Assembly: GCF_009914755.1 (NCBI RefSeq) | Contig: NC_060928.1 | Length of the DNA stretch: 64,000 nt | Origin: the human T2T-CHM13v2.0 reference genome, Homo sapiens | Reading direction: 5' to 3' (one strand) | Part shown: positions 50,201-64,000 of the stretch, piece by piece | Layout: every line of letters begins with the position of its first letter | How positions within the stretch are numbered: the stretch's first letter is position 1 | The notes under the pieces: generated by a model | What the model saw: the letters and a program-made list of their open reading frames with translations, nothing else | What the model was told of the DNA's origin: nothing | The model's database searches: none | Position numbers and translations under genes: made by a program

Positions 50201-50358
50201 TTTATTTATTTTTTTTTTGTTTTTGTTTTTTCTTTTTCTGGAGAACGGGGTCTCGCTATATTGCCCAGGCAGGTCTCGAACTCCTGGGCTCAAGCTATCC
50301 TCCCGCCTCTTGCCTCCCTGAGAGCTGGGATTACAGGCATGAGCCACCGCGCCCGGCC
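50201..50358 (-). pseudogene. BCYRN1 pseudogene: BC200 (BCYRN1) retropseudogene in the last CENPC intron
   Basis: The reverse complement has BC200-diagnostic sequence (CCCAGCTCTCAGGGAGGC...GGATAGCTTGAGCCC...GACCTGCCTGGGCAATATAGCGAGACCCCGTTCTCCAGAAAAAG) and an A-rich domain, but no C-rich unique domain. 17-bp TSD aaaatctcaaaatttta at 50184-50200 and 50359-50375. Confidence 0.92.
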
Positions 50359-50679
50359 AAAATCTCAAAATTTTAAAAAGGCAAATGCTACTCTTAAATA
50401 AATGAGGTAACAAATAACAGCAAAAGTGAAATACAGATGGACCGCAAGTATCACATGTGACAGGCTTATTAGAATTGAGTACTATCACTGTGACTTTCTA
50501 TATATTAGAAATTGAGAAAGTATTCACAACAGTGCTGACATACTAAGGATTATGCAAGTATGGCTATTATTATTGTCTCCTTCCAACAGAATGTAAGCTC
50601 TATAAAAGCAGGGATTTTTGCCTGTTTTTTCATTTATATATCCCAAATCTTGCAGCAATACATGGACATAGTAGACACT

Positions 50680-50972
50680 TTGTTTTGTTTTTGTTTTTGA
50701 GACAGAGTCTTGCTCTGTCACCCAGGCTGGAGTGCAGTAGTACAATCACAGCTCACCGCAACTTTGAACTCCTGGGCTCATGCAGTCCTCCTGTCCCAGC
50801 CTCCCGAGAGCTAGGACTATAGGTGTGTATCACCATGCCTGGTTAACTTTTGCATTTTTTGTAGACACAGGGTCTCCCTAGGTTGCCCAGGCTGGTCCCG
50901 AACTCCTCACCTCAAGCCCTCCTCAGCCTCTCAAAATGTTGGGATTACAGGTGTGAGCCACTGCACCTGGCC
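50680..50972 (-). mobile_element. AluJ inserted in an L2 3'-end remnant
   Basis: AluJ diagnostics; L2 motifs (agaatgtaagctctataaaagcaggga, ttgttgaatgagtgaatgaatg) on each side. Confidence 0.85.
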
Positions 50973-51165
50973 CATAGTAGTCTCTTAATCATACTTGTTG
51001 AATGAGTGAATGAATGACAAGTGGATTAAAATGCCTATTTACAATAACTTCTGCTGTTCGATAGCTGATGAAGCATACCATTCTTGAAACAGTTTAAAAT
51101 AATGTTCTAAAAACATAATTTCTTAGAGATAACATGGGGTAAATAATTTTTGTTCTCCTCTGTAA

Positions 51166-51492
<327 letters not shown>

Positions 51493-51548
51493 ATATTTTC
51501 ATATTCAGTAGTAAACAACTCTTGTTCTCATGTATCAAAACACTAATT

Positions 51549-51865
<317 letters not shown>

Positions 51866-52014
51866 CTAATGATCAAATGAAAGGAAAATATGTACCAAAC
51901 TGTTCTGACATCCATCAGTCATATCACACTTCATTTTGACCACTGTGGCTTCCATTTCCATAGTGCCCAAAAACAACTATATACATGTTGTCTAAGTGAA
52001 ATAAATTGTCTTAC

Positions 52015-52105
52015 CTGAAGGAACATAGAACGAATCCCCAGTACTTAATATATAAGGTGTTTCATGTAAAGTACACAAAAGGTCACCAAAGTTAACATAA
52101 AAAAC
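52015..52105 (-). CDS. CENPC: CENPC penultimate coding exon (91 bp), cupin domain: VFYVNFGDLLCTLHETPYILSTGDSFYVPS(G)
   Basis: On the minus strand: pyrimidine tract, then AG acceptor (ct at 52106-52107) and GTAAG donor (cttac at 52010-52014). The translation matches the CENP-C C-terminus as I recall it. The phase-1 end joins the next exon in frame (G+GT = Gly). Confidence 0.96.
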
Positions 52106-52173
52106 CTGTAAAAATAAAAATAAAAATCTCATTCAAAACTGAACCATGATAATACTTCAAAGGAACCTTAAAA

Positions 52174-61470
<9,297 letters not shown>

Positions 61471-61502
61471 TAATTTGTTAGAGCAGCAACTGAAAACTAA
61501 TA

Positions 61503-61812
61503 CAGATGTCCCCAACCCCCAGGACAGGGACCGCTACTGGCAGTGGCCTGTTAGGAATGGGCTCACACAGCAGGAGGTAAGCAGCACGCCAGTGAGTGTT
61601 ACTGCCTGAGCTCTGCCTCCTGTTAGATCAGCAGCAGCATTAGATTCTCTCAGGCACATGAACCCTATTGTGAAATGTGCATGTGAGAAATCTAGGTTGT
61701 GTGCTCCTTACGAAAATCTAATGCCAACTCCCACTGCCACCACCAATTTTTGTGGAAGAAAAATTGTCTTTCACAAACCAGTCCTTGGTGCCAAAAAGGA
61801 TGGGGACCATTG
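61503..61812. mobile_element. MER1B (hAT-Charlie) MITE
   Basis: cagatgtccccaacccc...ggtgccaaaaaggatggggaccattg termini. Confidence 0.8.
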
Positions 61813-61933
61813 TAATACAGGAAGAGATTTCTTTTATTTTTCCTTATTTTGTTTTTCCTTATTACTTACTGGCTTATGAAAATTCTACAGCCACTGTAAA
61901 GATTATCACCTACACTATAAAGATTATCACCGC

Positions 61934-62297
<364 letters not shown>

Positions 62298-62834
62298 TCA
62301 ATCTGATTGAAGAATCAAAGAAAGCAAAAAGCTAAATCCCTATTCCCCTCAAAATCATATGTTAAACAAGCATCAAGACTAAGAAAGTAAAAGAGGATAA
62401 ATCTCTCAATCATGCTGGCTTTCATATTCAAACATGCCAAATTTCATACTTTATACATAGGTAGCACACACTGGCAGTGACCTGGTTTTTTGAGCAACTA
62501 AAATAAACAGCATAAGGCCTTCAAACTTTGAGATTCAGCCATTGTTAGAAATTAGTTTGTCTCCTGAAAATTCACACTCTGGAATCTTAACCCCCCCCAA
62601 TGTGATGGGATCAGGAGGTGGGGAATTTGGGACGTAATTAGGTCCTGAGTGCAGAGCCTTCAGGAATGGGACTAGTGCCCTTATAAGAGACACAGATCAA
62701 AGTCTATGGTATTCTTATTATAGCAGCCCAATCTGACTAAGACATCCATCAAGAATGTTTTGCCTCAGATAATTATTTCTCCTCCTTATTTTTTATTACT
62801 ACTTTGTACAATGATCATAATATACCAGAATAAC

Positions 62835-63090
62835 AATAACAGCTAGCACTTATATAGCACTTACTCTATACCAAGCAGTATTATGAGAACTTTATTCTTA
62901 TTCACTTAATGTATATGCCCACTAATGAGACAGCGACTACTTTAGTAGCTTTTTATGGATGAAGAAACTGAGGCACAGAGAGGTTAAGTAATTTTCCAAG
63001 GTCACAATGTAAATGGCAAAGGGGGGGAGTTTGAACTCAGGCATTTAGATTACAGAATTCATTCCCTAATCACTGTGATATACTGCCTCC
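62835..63090 (-). mobile_element. MIR
   Basis: Core gatgaagaaactgaggcacagagaggttaagtaattttccaaggtcaca. Confidence 0.85.
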
Positions 63091-63661
63091 CTAAATGGGG
63101 AAAAAAGCCCCCCGAAATGTTTCAAAGGCATTTTTATAACTTAATAAGACAAAAAAAGTTATTACATCCAAAAATAATTTGCCTTAATCAAAAAGACAAA
63201 AAAGTAATACTAAAAAGTATATATTTCTAGTGTTTTTTTCTCATCTATTCAATTTGGTTCTCTAAGCACACCTCTCCTCATTTCTGTAAACATTTAATTA
63301 AGAAAGCTTTTGAAACATACAAAAATAGAATGATGAACTCTCATGAATACTTAATGCTAACCACCTGCCCAAGCCAGAGTCTACTATCCTCACTCCATCT
63401 TATTTCAAAATAAATGCCCAGTATCATAATTCATCTGCAAATATTTCAGTATGTACTGAAAGATCAAGTGCTTCTAAAAAACATAACCGCAATACTGTTA
63501 TCACACCTAAAAAATAAATATTTAATACCAAATATCTAGTTAATAGTCAAATTTCCAATCATCAGTTAAACATATCTTCAAGGATTTCTTTGAATCAGGA
63601 TCCAGGTTAGCACCACATACAGTGATTGGTTGATCTGTTTCTTAAATTTCTCAATCAATAT

Positions 63662-63879
63662 TAGCGGTTCTCAATCAAGGTGATTTTGCCTCTCAGGGAC
63701 AACGGACAATTTCTGAAGACATATTTGATTTTGTCACAACTACAGTGGTGCTACTGGAATCTAATGAGTAGAGGCCAGGTAAGCTTCTACTTACAGGGCC
63801 TTACCTACAGGACGGCCCCCACTACAACAAAGAAGTATCTAATCAAAAATGTTACTAGTGCCATGGTTGAGAAACCCTG
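63662..63879. mobile_element. MER20 DNA transposon
   Basis: (c)agcggttctcaatc...ggttgagaaaccctg termini. Confidence 0.8.
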
Positions 63880-64000
63880 ATTCCCTAGGTTTCACCTGGT
63901 TCTTTTTTATTTCTTACATTTAATTTATTGAAAACATTAAGCAGTTTGTCATAAAAATCTTCATGCAGGTGGATTTTGCTGACTACATCCCCAGGTATCA

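Overview
This is primate (most likely human) nuclear DNA, almost all of it interspersed repeats. The only host-gene coding sequence I can support is the 3' end of CENPC on the minus strand: the last two coding exons (52015-52105 and 49733-49803), encoding the end of the C-terminal cupin domain, plus the 3' UTR. The rest is a nested pile of L1, Alu, MaLR/ERV LTR and DNA-transposon fossils. It also holds five retrocopies of different RNA classes: (1) a U1 snRNA pseudogene; (2) a 5S rRNA pseudogene split by a 2-kb L1PA; (3) a BC200 (BCYRN1) pseudogene in the last CENPC intron; (4) a tandem dimer of polyadenylated LTR12 3' ends; (5) a CNOT7 retrocopy derived from an intronically polyadenylated truncated transcript. 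The most unusual structure is an Alu at 46470-46760 whose target-site duplication (TSD) also encloses a 56-bp perfect inverted copy of the 5' flank of a different, tailless Alu about 3 kb away. A MER41 solo LTR retains both GAS motifs. I see no evidence of a new protein-coding system; the novel signals are retrotransposition mechanisms, RNA isoforms and regulatory leads. Repeat subfamily calls and most boundaries are by eye and approximate.
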